From: Actinomycetota bacterium
GTDB lineage: Bacteria; Actinomycetota; Geothermincolia; Geothermincolales; RBG-13-55-18
DNA: 64,000 nt
Direction of reading: 5' to 3'
Assembly (NCBI GenBank): GCA_030019255.1
Contig: JASEFK010000001.1
Span: forward strand, 25,012 to 89,011
In this document: positions 20,581 through 29,688 of the stretch, in pieces
How the letters are laid out: every line of letters starts with the position of its first letter
Position numbering within the stretch: the first letter of the stretch is position 1
Translations under genes and position numbers: made by a program
The notes under the pieces: model-generated
Database searches by the model: none
Told to the model about the DNA's origin: nothing
The model's input: the letters and a program-made list of their open reading frames with translations, nothing else

Positions 20581-21615
20581 GTGATGGCCATGGCAGTTAA
20601 GAAGTTGAACAAGGACAAGGAAAAGGAGGCCCTCCAGGAACTCACCAAGTTCCGCCTCATCGCCCCGGCCAAGTCGGACGAGGTGGTCATCTTTAAGCAG
20701 ATAACCGATCCCGGGGAGGCCTTCCTGGAGTACGGGAACTCCACCGTTCCGCCCAAGAAGGTGGTCTTCCCCCAGACGGAGACCCTCTTCCGCTTCCAGC
20801 GCGGCAACCCGGAGCTCCGGGAGAAGAACGTGGAGGAGGAGGGGACCACGGTGATCTTCGGCCTGCGTCCCTGCGATGCCCGGGCCATGTCCATCGTGGA
20901 CCGGCTCTTCAGCTGGGATTACGAGGACCCCTACTACCTCAAGCGCCGGGAGCTCACCACCCTGGTTGGCCTGGCCTGCGTGGAGCCGCCATCCATCAAC
21001 TGCTTCTGCACCTCCCTGGGAGGGAGCCCCTTCGGGACGGAGGGCCTGGACATGCTCCTCGCGGACATGGGCGACCACTACCTGGTGCGGGCCCTGACCG
21101 AGAAGGGGGAGAAGCTCCAGGAGACCCTCTCCGCCCACCTGGAGGACGCCCCCGCAGAGGAGGAGAAGAAGGCCGAGGAGATGGCCGCCCGGGCGGAGGG
21201 GAAGATCGCCCGCTCCATAAACACGGAGGGCATCCCGGAGAAGCTGCCCACCCTGTGGGAGCACGAGCTATGGAAGAAGGTCTCCGCCGCCTGCCTGGGT
21301 TGCGGGATATGCACCTACCTCTGCCCCACCTGCCACTGCTTCGACATCCAGGACGAGGTGGAGGAGATGGGGGAGGGGAGGCGCGCCCGCATGTGGGACT
21401 CCTGCATGTTCAGCGAGTATACCCTGCACGCCTCGGGGCATAACCCCCGGCCCACCCGCCGGGAGCGCACCAGGAACCGCATCAGCCACAAGTATTCCTA
21501 CTACCCGAAGCGGTTCGAGGTCATCGCCTGCGTGGGCTGCGGGCGGTGCATCAACCTCTGCCCGGTGAACATCGACATCCTGGAGATCCTGGAACAGGTG
21601 GTGGATGCCTCATGA
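20581..21615 (+). CDS. FloxB/AsrA-like 4Fe-4S dicluster protein
   Basis: GLRPCD, CFCTS, CLGCGICTYLCPTCHCF, WDSC, CVGCGRCINLCP. Confidence 0.85.
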   Translation: MMAMAVKKLNKDKEKEALQELTKFRLIAPAKSDEVVIFKQITDPGEAFLEYGNSTVPPKKVVFPQTETLFRFQRGNPELREKNVEEEGTTVIFGLRPCDARAMSIVDRLFSWDYEDPYYLKRRELTTLVGLACVEPPSINCFCTSLGGSPFGTEGLDMLLADMGDHYLVRALTEKGEKLQETLSAHLEDAPAEEEKKAEEMAARAEGKIARSINTEGIPEKLPTLWEHELWKKVSAACLGCGICTYLCPTCHCFDIQDEVEEMGEGRRARMWDSCMFSEYTLHASGHNPRPTRRERTRNRISHKYSYYPKRFEVIACVGCGRCINLCPVNIDILEILEQVVDAS

Positions 21616-22451
21616 AGAACCCCTACATTCCCTACGAGGTGAAGATCCTGGAAGCCCGCTACGAGACGCCGGGTGACCGCTGCATCAAGACCTTCAAGGT
21701 CACCTTCGCCGACGAGAAGGTCTGGGACACCTGGAGCCACCTGCCGGGCCAGTGCGCCATGGTGGGCATACCCGGGGTGGGGGAGTCCATGTTCTGCATC
21801 TCCTCCTCGCCCACGGAGAAGGGGTACCTGCGCTTCAGCATCATGAAGATGGGCAAGAACACCACCGCCCTGCACGAGCTGGAGGCGGGGGATTCCTTCT
21901 ACGTCCGCGGCCCCCTGGGCAATAACTTCCCCCTCGAGGAGTGGAAGGGGAAGAACGTCATCACCATCGGCGGCGGCATCGGGCAGGCTCCCCTGCGCCC
22001 GGTCATCCAGTGGATACGGGACAACCGGGACGACTACGGGGAGCTCACCGTGATCTACGGGGCCCGCACTTCCGCGGACCACTGCTTCAAGGACGAGTTC
22101 GAGGAACTCAACTCCTGCGGGGATGCCTGCTGTCACCTGGCCATCGACGTGGAAGAAGAGGGGTGGCCCCACTTCGTGGGCTTCGTGCCCCAGCTGCTCA
22201 TGGAGGTGTCCCCCTCGCCGGAGAACGCTATCGCCGTGACCTGCGGACCGCCCATCATGATCAAGTTCGTCCTCCAGAACCTGGAAAAGCTCGGCTTCAC
22301 CCCCGACCAGGTGTACACCACCCTGGAGAACCGCATGAAGTGCGGCATCGGGAAGTGCGGTCGGTGCAACGTGGGGCACCTCTACGTGTGCAAGGACGGC
22401 CCGGTGTTCTCCTACGCGCAGATAAAGGACATACCTGAAGCCTTCGCCTGA
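21612..22451 (+). CDS. FloxA/AsrB-like FAD/NAD(P)-binding [2Fe-2S] protein
   Basis: VRGPLGNNF, IGGGIGQAPL, YGART, TCGPPIM, RMKCGIGKCGRC...VCKDGPV. Confidence 0.88.
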   Translation: MKNPYIPYEVKILEARYETPGDRCIKTFKVTFADEKVWDTWSHLPGQCAMVGIPGVGESMFCISSSPTEKGYLRFSIMKMGKNTTALHELEAGDSFYVRGPLGNNFPLEEWKGKNVITIGGGIGQAPLRPVIQWIRDNRDDYGELTVIYGARTSADHCFKDEFEELNSCGDACCHLAIDVEEEGWPHFVGFVPQLLMEVSPSPENAIAVTCGPPIMIKFVLQNLEKLGFTPDQVYTTLENRMKCGIGKCGRCNVGHLYVCKDGPVFSYAQIKDIPEAFA

Positions 22452-22481
22452 TGTCTGAGGCGGCGGCCGAAATCTTTCATC

Positions 22482-22515
22482 CGGGGCGGGGCATCTCCCC
22501 CGCCCCGCGCGTTTT
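22482..22515 (+). terminator. Probable terminator of the Hdr-Flox operon
   Basis: CGGGGCGGGG-CATCTC-CCCCGCCCCG stem followed by CGCGTTTT. Confidence 0.45.
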
Positions 22516-23087
22516 GGGTTCGGGGGCGCCGGCCTTGAGGATGAGGGGGAAAGCCTTCCCCCTGCGGATGAGCAAGGGGAAAGTGGGACCGACCGGTTTT
22601 TGCAGGGATCCGCGGGGGCGGCACCCGCATCCAACGGTGGCGTGGGGGTGGGTGGAGGATGATTCACCGGCAGGGGAGAGGAGCCTGCACCGGGAACCCA
22701 TCCCGGTAACCGGGACGGCTGCGGTGCATGCTTTATGGGGGTCCCCGGCGGACGGCGGGTATGGCCTTTGGAAGGGAAGCAATCCACCGGCGGGGAAGAA
22801 TAGTACCGGAACGGGGGCAGCCTTCGTCACCTCGGGCGAGCCGGGTTGCGGCACGGGCGTGAGGAGAAGGGAGGAAAACGGGTCGAGATGGGTAGAGTTG
22901 CCATCCGCCGGAGGATGGTGGAAAGACCTGGGAATTCGCCCAGAGCTGGGAGTGCATTTCTCGACGGGAACGGCAAAGGACCCGGGGGAAAGCCCTTGTA
23001 TGACGGCCCGGGAAGGCAAGTGCCCGGGCAGGGAAACTGGAACCCGTTTCGGGGGGTCGTCGGTAACGCGAAGGGGAGCTTGCGGAA

Positions 23088-24140
23088 ATGATCTTCCGGA
23101 TGCGGGCCTGGAGCATAATCCGCCACTTCCTGCTGGTCCTGGGGCTGGTAATACTTACCATATTCCTGCTGCTGATCCTCTCCTTCCTGGGGCTGGACCT
23201 GGCCTTCGCTGGCCGCGTCTTCCGGGGCGTATACGTGCAGGGCATTCCCCTCGGGGGGCTGAGCCGGGAGGAAGCGTTGGAGAAGCTCCGGGCGGAGCTG
23301 GACCTGGAAGCCCTGAACCGTGACCTGATTCTCGAATTCGACGGCAACACCTGGCCCCTGCCCCTCTACGAGATAGACGCCTGCGTGGACCTCGAGGAGA
23401 CGGTGGACCGGGCCATCGCCGCCAGCCGCCAGATACCCTTCTACCAGCGCTGGGTCAACCGGGCCGCCTTCCGGGGTCTGGAGAGGGACGTCGGCCTGGT
23501 GGTCCGCTACGACGCGCGCAAGCTGAATTCCTTCCTCTCTGAGCTGGAAGCCACGGTGGACCGCCCGCCGCTCAACGCCGAGATCCGCCTGGAGGGAAGG
23601 AAGTTGGTATTCCAGAGGTCACGGGAGGGGTGGGACCTGGACGCCGACCTGGCCAGGGAGGCCATCGTGGAAGCCCTGGCCTCCACGGAAAGGACGATTC
23701 ACCTGCGGATCGAGGTGGCCAGGCCCGAGGTGACCGACGACCAGGTGGGAAAGGTGATCGTGGTGGACAAGACCAACCACCGTCTCACCCTGTACAACAA
23801 CATGGAGATCGAGAAGCAGTACCCGGTGGCGGTGGGAATGCCTTCCTGGCCCACCCCCAGCGGAACCTTCAAGATCATCTCCAAGCAGAAGAACCCCACC
23901 TGGGTGAACCCGGGCACTTCGTGGGCCGCCAACATGCCTCCCTATATCCCCCCCGGTCCCGGAAATCCCCTGGGCACCCGGGCCCTGGGCACCAGCGCCC
24001 CGGGAGTGTTCATCCACGGCACTTACAGTTCGTGGTCCGTAGGTTATTCCGTTTCCCATGGATGTATCCGCATGTACATAAGGGATTCGGAGGACCTCTT
24101 CGAGCGGGTGGAGGTCGGCACCCCGGTCCTCATCTACTGA
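23088..24140 (+). CDS. L,D-transpeptidase (YkuD domain) with N-terminal anchor and peptidoglycan-binding-like domain
   Basis: Hydrophobic N-terminus; YPVAVG, TPSGTF, NPLGTRALG, FIHGT, SHGCIRM. Confidence 0.9.
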   Translation: MIFRMRAWSIIRHFLLVLGLVILTIFLLLILSFLGLDLAFAGRVFRGVYVQGIPLGGLSREEALEKLRAELDLEALNRDLILEFDGNTWPLPLYEIDACVDLEETVDRAIAASRQIPFYQRWVNRAAFRGLERDVGLVVRYDARKLNSFLSELEATVDRPPLNAEIRLEGRKLVFQRSREGWDLDADLAREAIVEALASTERTIHLRIEVARPEVTDDQVGKVIVVDKTNHRLTLYNNMEIEKQYPVAVGMPSWPTPSGTFKIISKQKNPTWVNPGTSWAANMPPYIPPGPGNPLGTRALGTSAPGVFIHGTYSSWSVGYSVSHGCIRMYIRDSEDLFERVEVGTPVLIY

Positions 24141-24768
24141 ACGGCGACCGTATATTGAGATCATAAAGGGAAACATAAAGGGACAGGCATGCCCGAAACC
24201 AACAGGATATACCCGTAGGCGAAGGGCATTTCAACCAAGCGGTTTTAGGGCCGCGGCGGGTTTCGGTCTATCTGTTCAGGAGGCTCAAGGTGCCAGCGGG
24301 CACGGGGGCAAGGAGGCAGAAATTGCCGGGCGTGATTCTCTTCGTGCCGACCTGCAGGGAGAGAGGCGATGTCTTGGACCTGAAGGCATACCATGTTTTT
24401 CCTAAACCACGTGGGGCCAGGAGACGAATCATTAGTATCGGGACGGAGGTGGAAGGTGAGAATCGGTTTCGAGAAGGTTAGCGATGGAGGCGAAGGGTAA
24501 TCCTACGGAAGACGTCAAGTGATTGGGGAAAAATGACTCGCGCCGGGAATATCGGGAACGGCGAAGGGGCGCAGGACGTGAAGGTCGCCCCGGCGGACGC
24601 TCCCGCGGAGAGACGGGGGATAATGAGGGCGCTTTCATGGAGGGAAGGCGGAAAACGGGATGGATAAGTTTTGGAAATGAAGCCGAGGGGGAAAGGATGG
24701 GGGATGTTTCCGGGAAGACGACCACGGAGGCGCAAGCCGGAGATTCGGTTCCGGAGCGGATAGGGAAG

Positions 24769-26856
24769 ATGAAAGATGTATCCAGGAAGGTGATCACCAG
24801 AAAAAGGGCCCTGGTGGCCATGCTTTTGGCCTGCTTCCTGGTCCTCTTCACCCTGCAAGCCGCGGCGGAGCCTCCACCGGTGGAACTCGCGGAAGGGGGG
24901 ACCCTCTCCCCGCCCGAGGGTATCGCCGTTCTCCATCGTCCGGAGGACGTGGGAAAACGCATCGCCCTCACTTGGCGGCCGGTGGCGGGGGCTTTCGGGT
25001 ACTTGGTCTACCGTTCGGAATCGGCCGACGGGGAACTGGTGCCGGTGGGCGGCCGGGCCGCGGATTCCATGCGGGATTACCCGGTGTTCCTGGATGACAC
25101 CGCGGTGCCCGGGAGGAGTTATTTCTACGCCGTGGCCGCGGTGGACGAGAGCCTGCGCCAGGGACCGCTCTCGCCGCGGGTTCCGGCATCCCTGGAGCCG
25201 GAGGTGGCTGCGGCGGGGGGTCCCAAGCGCATGGTCTGTTCCTTGAGCGACCAGCGCATCTACTTCTACGAGGGGGACCAGCTGGTCAACGTCATGCGCT
25301 GTTCCACCGGGCTTAACAACGCCACCCCCATGGGCAGTTTCCGTATCCTGGCCCATTACCGCGTGCACGGTGGCCTGGGGGGCGCGGTGTGCGACTACTG
25401 GATGTCCTTCACCTCCAGCCACGGCATGCATTCCTGGCCCCGCGGATCGAGCCGCTACGAGGCCGGGCTGGGCGCGCCGGCCTCCCACGGTTGCATCCGC
25501 CTGCATCCCCTGGAGGCCTACTGGCCCTACTACTGGGCACCCGACGGCACTCCCCTTACCATCACCTACGCCTCGCTGGCCCGGAGGGTGGTGTCGGGAT
25601 GCCATGACACGCAGGGGGCCGAGGCTCCCTCCAAGGAATGGTATTTCGCCGAGGGATGCACGGATTTCGGCTTCGACACCTTCCTCTTGCTTTCCAACCC
25701 CGGAGACGGGGGGTTCGCGGCCCGGGTTGATTTTTACCGCGATGACGGGATCACGGTTACGGAGAACAGGTACCTTCCGCCCCATTCCCGGCTTACCGTT
25801 CCCGTGGACCAGCTTCCCGGCCTGGAGGCCGCATCCTTTGCCATCCGCGTGGAGGCCACGGGACTGGTGGTGGCCGAGCGCGCTATGTACTTCACCATGG
25901 GCAACCGCGACGACGGCACGGTGACCGTGGGGGCGACGGCTCCTTTCAAGGAATGGTACTTCGCCGAGGGATTCACCGCCAACTCCTTCGACACCTTCCT
26001 TCTCCTTTCCAATCCCGGAAGCGAGCCGACCACGGCCCGGGTATTCTTCTACCTGGAGGGGGGAGGGAACGCGCGGTACGACTTCCTCCTGCCTCCTCGC
26101 TCACGCCATACCGTCTCCGTGGATTCCCTACCCGCGGTAGCCTCGGCGTCCTTTTGCATGCGAGTGGAGTCCGACTTGCCCATCGTGGCCGAACGGGCCA
26201 TGTATTTCAACCTTGGATACATAGGGGGAGGCCATGCCTCGGTGGGCGCTCCGGAGCTTTCCAGGGACTGGTATTTCGCGGAGGGATGCACCAGGAACTT
26301 CTTCTCCACTTTCCTGCTCCTTGGAAACCCTACGGGGCAGGATACCATTGTCCACGTGGAGTACCTGCTTCCGGATGGTAACCTCCGTTATGATTACCTG
26401 TTGAGGGCGGGAAGCCGGGTTACCGTTGACGTGGGCTCCCAGGGGGGTCTTTCCGGGCAGGACGTGGCCATGGCCGTGCATTCCGACCACCCCATCGTCG
26501 CCGAAAGGGCCGTGTACTACAACCTGGACAGCCACTGGGGCGGACATGCCGCCATGGGCTCCAGGGAAGCTTCCAATAACTGGTATTTCGCCGAGGGATA
26601 CACCGACGGCGCTTTCGACACCTATCTCCTGCTCTCCAACCCCGGTTCCTCGCCCGCCTTCGTGAACGTGGTCTTCCTGCGCGAGGACGGCTCCACCTTC
26701 GGTGCCGGTTACCTGGTGCAGCCGCACCGCCGGGTGACCGTGCACGTGGACGACCTGCCGGGGATGGACAGGACCTCCTTCTCCATGAACGTCCACGCCG
26801 ACCAACCGGTGGTAGCGGAACGTGCCATGTACTTCGTCATGCCGAGGGGATATTAA
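24769..26856 (+). CDS. Secreted L,D-transpeptidase: signal peptide, FnIII-like domain, YkuD domain and four ~108-aa WYFAEG repeats (DUF5719-like)
   Basis: Signal-like RKRALVAMLLACFLVLFTLQAAA; LTWRPV..YLVYRS..YFYAVAAVD; CSTG..TPMGSF, SHGCIRL; four repeats WYFAEG...FDT(F/Y)LLLxNP...VAERA(M/V)Y. Confidence 0.82.
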   Translation: MKDVSRKVITRKRALVAMLLACFLVLFTLQAAAEPPPVELAEGGTLSPPEGIAVLHRPEDVGKRIALTWRPVAGAFGYLVYRSESADGELVPVGGRAADSMRDYPVFLDDTAVPGRSYFYAVAAVDESLRQGPLSPRVPASLEPEVAAAGGPKRMVCSLSDQRIYFYEGDQLVNVMRCSTGLNNATPMGSFRILAHYRVHGGLGGAVCDYWMSFTSSHGMHSWPRGSSRYEAGLGAPASHGCIRLHPLEAYWPYYWAPDGTPLTITYASLARRVVSGCHDTQGAEAPSKEWYFAEGCTDFGFDTFLLLSNPGDGGFAARVDFYRDDGITVTENRYLPPHSRLTVPVDQLPGLEAASFAIRVEATGLVVAERAMYFTMGNRDDGTVTVGATAPFKEWYFAEGFTANSFDTFLLLSNPGSEPTTARVFFYLEGGGNARYDFLLPPRSRHTVSVDSLPAVASASFCMRVESDLPIVAERAMYFNLGYIGGGHASVGAPELSRDWYFAEGCTRNFFSTFLLLGNPTGQDTIVHVEYLLPDGNLRYDYLLRAGSRVTVDVGSQGGLSGQDVAMAVHSDHPIVAERAVYYNLDSHWGGHAAMGSREASNNWYFAEGYTDGAFDTYLLLSNPGSSPAFVNVVFLREDGSTFGAGYLVQPHRRVTVHVDDLPGMDRTSFSMNVHADQPVVAERAMYFVMPRGY

Positions 26857-27029
26857 GGGTCAGGTCTTGAATTTTGATACCCCAGGGGGTATTCAACTAT
26901 ATTTCTACCCGTGAAAGGCCTTTAGTCCCGGTAGAGAAGCGCTGGGGTTCCAGCCATGAGCATCTTCAAGCGCCGGAAAACATTCATGCGGCGGGAATCG
27001 GGATAAAAAGCCAAAGCTCCGGATGCGGA

Positions 27030-28391
27030 TCACGTTTTGTCACCGGATAGGCTATTCGCTTTCCGAACGTAGGCATCGATGTCGAACTTACGGCGCAGAC
27101 CCTCCGAGCTCATCCAGCGTACCTTGCCGAAGACCTTCCTTTCGGCGAAGGGACGGTCGTGCTTGCCGAAACACCACAGCGCGCCGGCATAGCCGTTGGG
27201 ATCCCTCCCGTCCAGCTCATACCGGTCGTTGAGGTAAAGGATCCTCTTCAGCGCTTCCTCCGGGCTTGCTGACCATTCGATGATCTTCTTTCCCCAGTAC
27301 ATGCGCATGTAATTGTGCATCCGGCCCGTGGCCAGCATCTCCTTCTGGGCGGCATTCCAGAAAGGATCGTGGGTATGCGCCCCCTCAAGCTCCTCGAGGG
27401 AGTACAGGTATTCCCGCCGGTCGCCCGCATGCTCTTGGAGGGTCCGCCGAGCCCAGGCGGGCAGGGCTTCCAGGGAGTCGTAGGCGGGGCGGTAATGGAC
27501 GAGGTTCACGCCCAGTTCCCGCCTCACGATGAGCTGTTCCAGGAAGGCCTCGGCTCCCGGCCCCCCTGCCTTCTTGACCTCCAGGGCGACCTGAAGAGGG
27601 GACACCTGCCCGAAGTGGAGGTAGGGGCTGAGTCCCGAGGTATAGTCCAGTTCCGGATGTTTGGAAAGAAGGTGGTATCGGTCAAGTTTCTCCCGGACGA
27701 AGGAGCGCAGCCGCGCCAGGGCCTCCGAGGTCCCGCCGGGAGGTATCAGCAGGGAATCGGGAGCCTTCGCCGTACGGATCTCCTTGGACAGTCGGGCGGG
27801 ATCGGAGAGGTTCAACCCTTCCAGGTCCAGGTCCGGGTCAGGCCTTTTTAGATCGCGCATGGAGAGGGGACTCAGGAAACGGGGGAGGTGGCGTCCCAAC
27901 TTGGGTCGGAAGGTGGCCGCCGCGTATTCCTCCTTGCGGGAAGCCGTTTCCACGGGCACCACCACGTCGCTCTCCACCTGGATCACCGGGCAGGGGGAGC
28001 GATGGGACACCCATTCCCTCCAGGCCCGCTGGTGGCGCAAGTATCCCCTGTCCACCACCAGGAGGGAGGCGTCGCGGGCCAGTTCCAGGGCTCCCTTTTC
28101 CGGGGAGACCTCCCGGACCACGAACTGCGCGCCCCGCTCGGCGAGCATCTCGCCCGTTTCCCGCAGCCCCTCCAGCATGAACAGGTAATGGCGCCGATTC
28201 GCTCCGGGGAAGCGTACGGCGATTCCGAAAAAGACCACCAGGGGTAGGTTCAGTTCGTTGGCCCGCTCCACGGCGAACTCCAGGGCGTGGTTGTAGACCA
28301 CACGCTGGGAGGCCTGCATCCAGTAGAGCACGTAGCGCCCCGGGACGAAGCCCCCGCCCTTGAGAACCTTCAACCTTTCGGGCTGGATCAT
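27030..28391 (-). CDS. phr: Class II CPD DNA photolyase
   Basis: YWMQASQR..YNHAL, SGLSPYLHFGQVS, EQLIVRREL, WNAAQ, MHNYMRMYWGKKI, DGRDPNGY, FGKVRWM. Confidence 0.95.
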   Translation of the reverse strand: MIQPERLKVLKGGGFVPGRYVLYWMQASQRVVYNHALEFAVERANELNLPLVVFFGIAVRFPGANRRHYLFMLEGLRETGEMLAERGAQFVVREVSPEKGALELARDASLLVVDRGYLRHQRAWREWVSHRSPCPVIQVESDVVVPVETASRKEEYAAATFRPKLGRHLPRFLSPLSMRDLKRPDPDLDLEGLNLSDPARLSKEIRTAKAPDSLLIPPGGTSEALARLRSFVREKLDRYHLLSKHPELDYTSGLSPYLHFGQVSPLQVALEVKKAGGPGAEAFLEQLIVRRELGVNLVHYRPAYDSLEALPAWARRTLQEHAGDRREYLYSLEELEGAHTHDPFWNAAQKEMLATGRMHNYMRMYWGKKIIEWSASPEEALKRILYLNDRYELDGRDPNGYAGALWCFGKHDRPFAERKVFGKVRWMSSEGLRRKFDIDAYVRKANSLSGDKT

Positions 28392-28603
28392 ATCAGGTAA
28401 CTCTTTCCTTCTTTACACGCTGGCCGTTATCCCCCGTTCCTCGGCCAAGGAGCCAGGCTTTGGGAAATGAAACCCACTTCTTCCCCTTCGTACACGCATG
28501 ACGCTCGTGATCACCGGGATGCAGGGGGAACCCTCCCCGGTTTCCCATCTCCACCCTGTGCTCTCGCCACCCCCGCGGCACTCCCCGGGGCGGACTGCTC
28601 CAC

Positions 28604-29584
28604 TCACAGGTCCCCCTCCTTCCCGGAATCGCCGATCATGGCTAGCTCCTCCGGGTAGGGTCGGAAGTAGGCCTGCCCGGCCAGGTATTTTTCGTCGAAG
28701 CGGCGTATCCAGGAATTGACGATCTTCACTGGCACGCTCAGGGGAATCCTCTTTTCCGCGTAGCGCCTCAAGGCGTCCAGTAAATGGGCCTTTTCACCTT
28801 TGGTGAGATGGTTGGAAAAGTATCCCAGGGCATGCATGAGTACGTTAACGTTGCTGGTATATCGGGGCGGCCTGGCCAGGGCCCGCAGCAGTCCCTCCCG
28901 GTAAGACTCGAAGAGTTCTTCCGTGCGATGCCGGTCGGGGTTGGCCACCAGTCGCCCCAGTTCCTTGAGCGCCCTCTGGTTGTAGGACATGAGGAGGAAC
29001 TTGTGTCGGGAGTGGAAATCCACCAGGGACCCCACGGTCCCCTTGCACGCAGCCTCTCGGAACCGGGCCAGGGTGAAGATGCGCACCAGGAAGTGTTCCC
29101 GAAGCCGGAAGTTCTTGAGCCTGCCCTCGCTTTCCGCCGGGTGCAGGGGGAACCTCCGGATGACCTCTCCCCCGAAGAAACCGGGACCTTTGTCCATGGC
29201 ACCGACGTCACTCTTTCCGTAGGGAAATATCTTCACGTCCCGTAACCCGCAGGAAGGCGAGCGCGCCTTGAGCAGGAAGCCGTCCACCTCCCCCAAGGAA
29301 TCGAGGAAGCCGCGACAGAAGTCCTTCATCTCCCCGGTGACGTCCCGCCCGGTGGACGGTTGCACCAGCCGCAGCTCTCCCTTCCTGCATTCCACGTGGA
29401 TGGGGTCACGGGGAACCCCGAGGCCTATCTCCACCTCGGGGCATACGGTCAGGCATTTCACGCGGCGGGCGAGCAACTCCACGAAGTCGTCCCGGATGAT
29501 CTCCCCGTTCCAGCGGCAGGCCTCGAATCCCAGGCATCTGCTGATGACCAGTACCGGCTTTTCCTCCCCTGCGTCAACGCCCAC
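28604..29584 (-). CDS. ybgA: DUF523(TudS)-DUF1722 fusion, YbgA/RudS-like thio-desulfidase
   Basis: ISRCLG...CRW, CPEVEIGLGVPR, LKARSPSCG, FHSRHKFLLM, NVLMHALGYF, YLAGQAYFRPYP. Confidence 0.88.
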   Translation of the reverse strand: MGVDAGEEKPVLVISRCLGFEACRWNGEIIRDDFVELLARRVKCLTVCPEVEIGLGVPRDPIHVECRKGELRLVQPSTGRDVTGEMKDFCRGFLDSLGEVDGFLLKARSPSCGLRDVKIFPYGKSDVGAMDKGPGFFGGEVIRRFPLHPAESEGRLKNFRLREHFLVRIFTLARFREAACKGTVGSLVDFHSRHKFLLMSYNQRALKELGRLVANPDRHRTEELFESYREGLLRALARPPRYTSNVNVLMHALGYFSNHLTKGEKAHLLDALRRYAEKRIPLSVPVKIVNSWIRRFDEKYLAGQAYFRPYPEELAMIGDSGKEGDL

Positions 29585-29688
29585 GTCCGCTCACTTCACC
29601 TTCCGGGTTAAAGGCCCTATGCCTTTTCCGACCACCTCCGTTGCTGACCTGTGGTCGGCATATCCAGCGGCCTTGGGTCCTTCGGGGT

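Noticed and set aside
17096-21264. Long minus-strand ORFs (827 aa, 618 aa) and similar long alternative ORFs elsewhere (e.g. 45425-47347, 56391-58166)
   Set aside because: Shadows of real genes caused by high GC3; no recognisable motifs or RBS
22451-23323. 290-aa minus-strand ORF, and other ORFs in the gaps at 6889-7415 and 31360-31942
   Set aside because: Low-complexity Gly/Pro/Arg translations without motifs; they overlap real genes or lack an RBS
25600-26856. Four tandem DNA repeats as a possible CRISPR array or DGR template/variable pair
   Set aside because: In-frame protein domain repeats of ~325 bp diverged at all base types; no spacers, cas genes or reverse transcriptase
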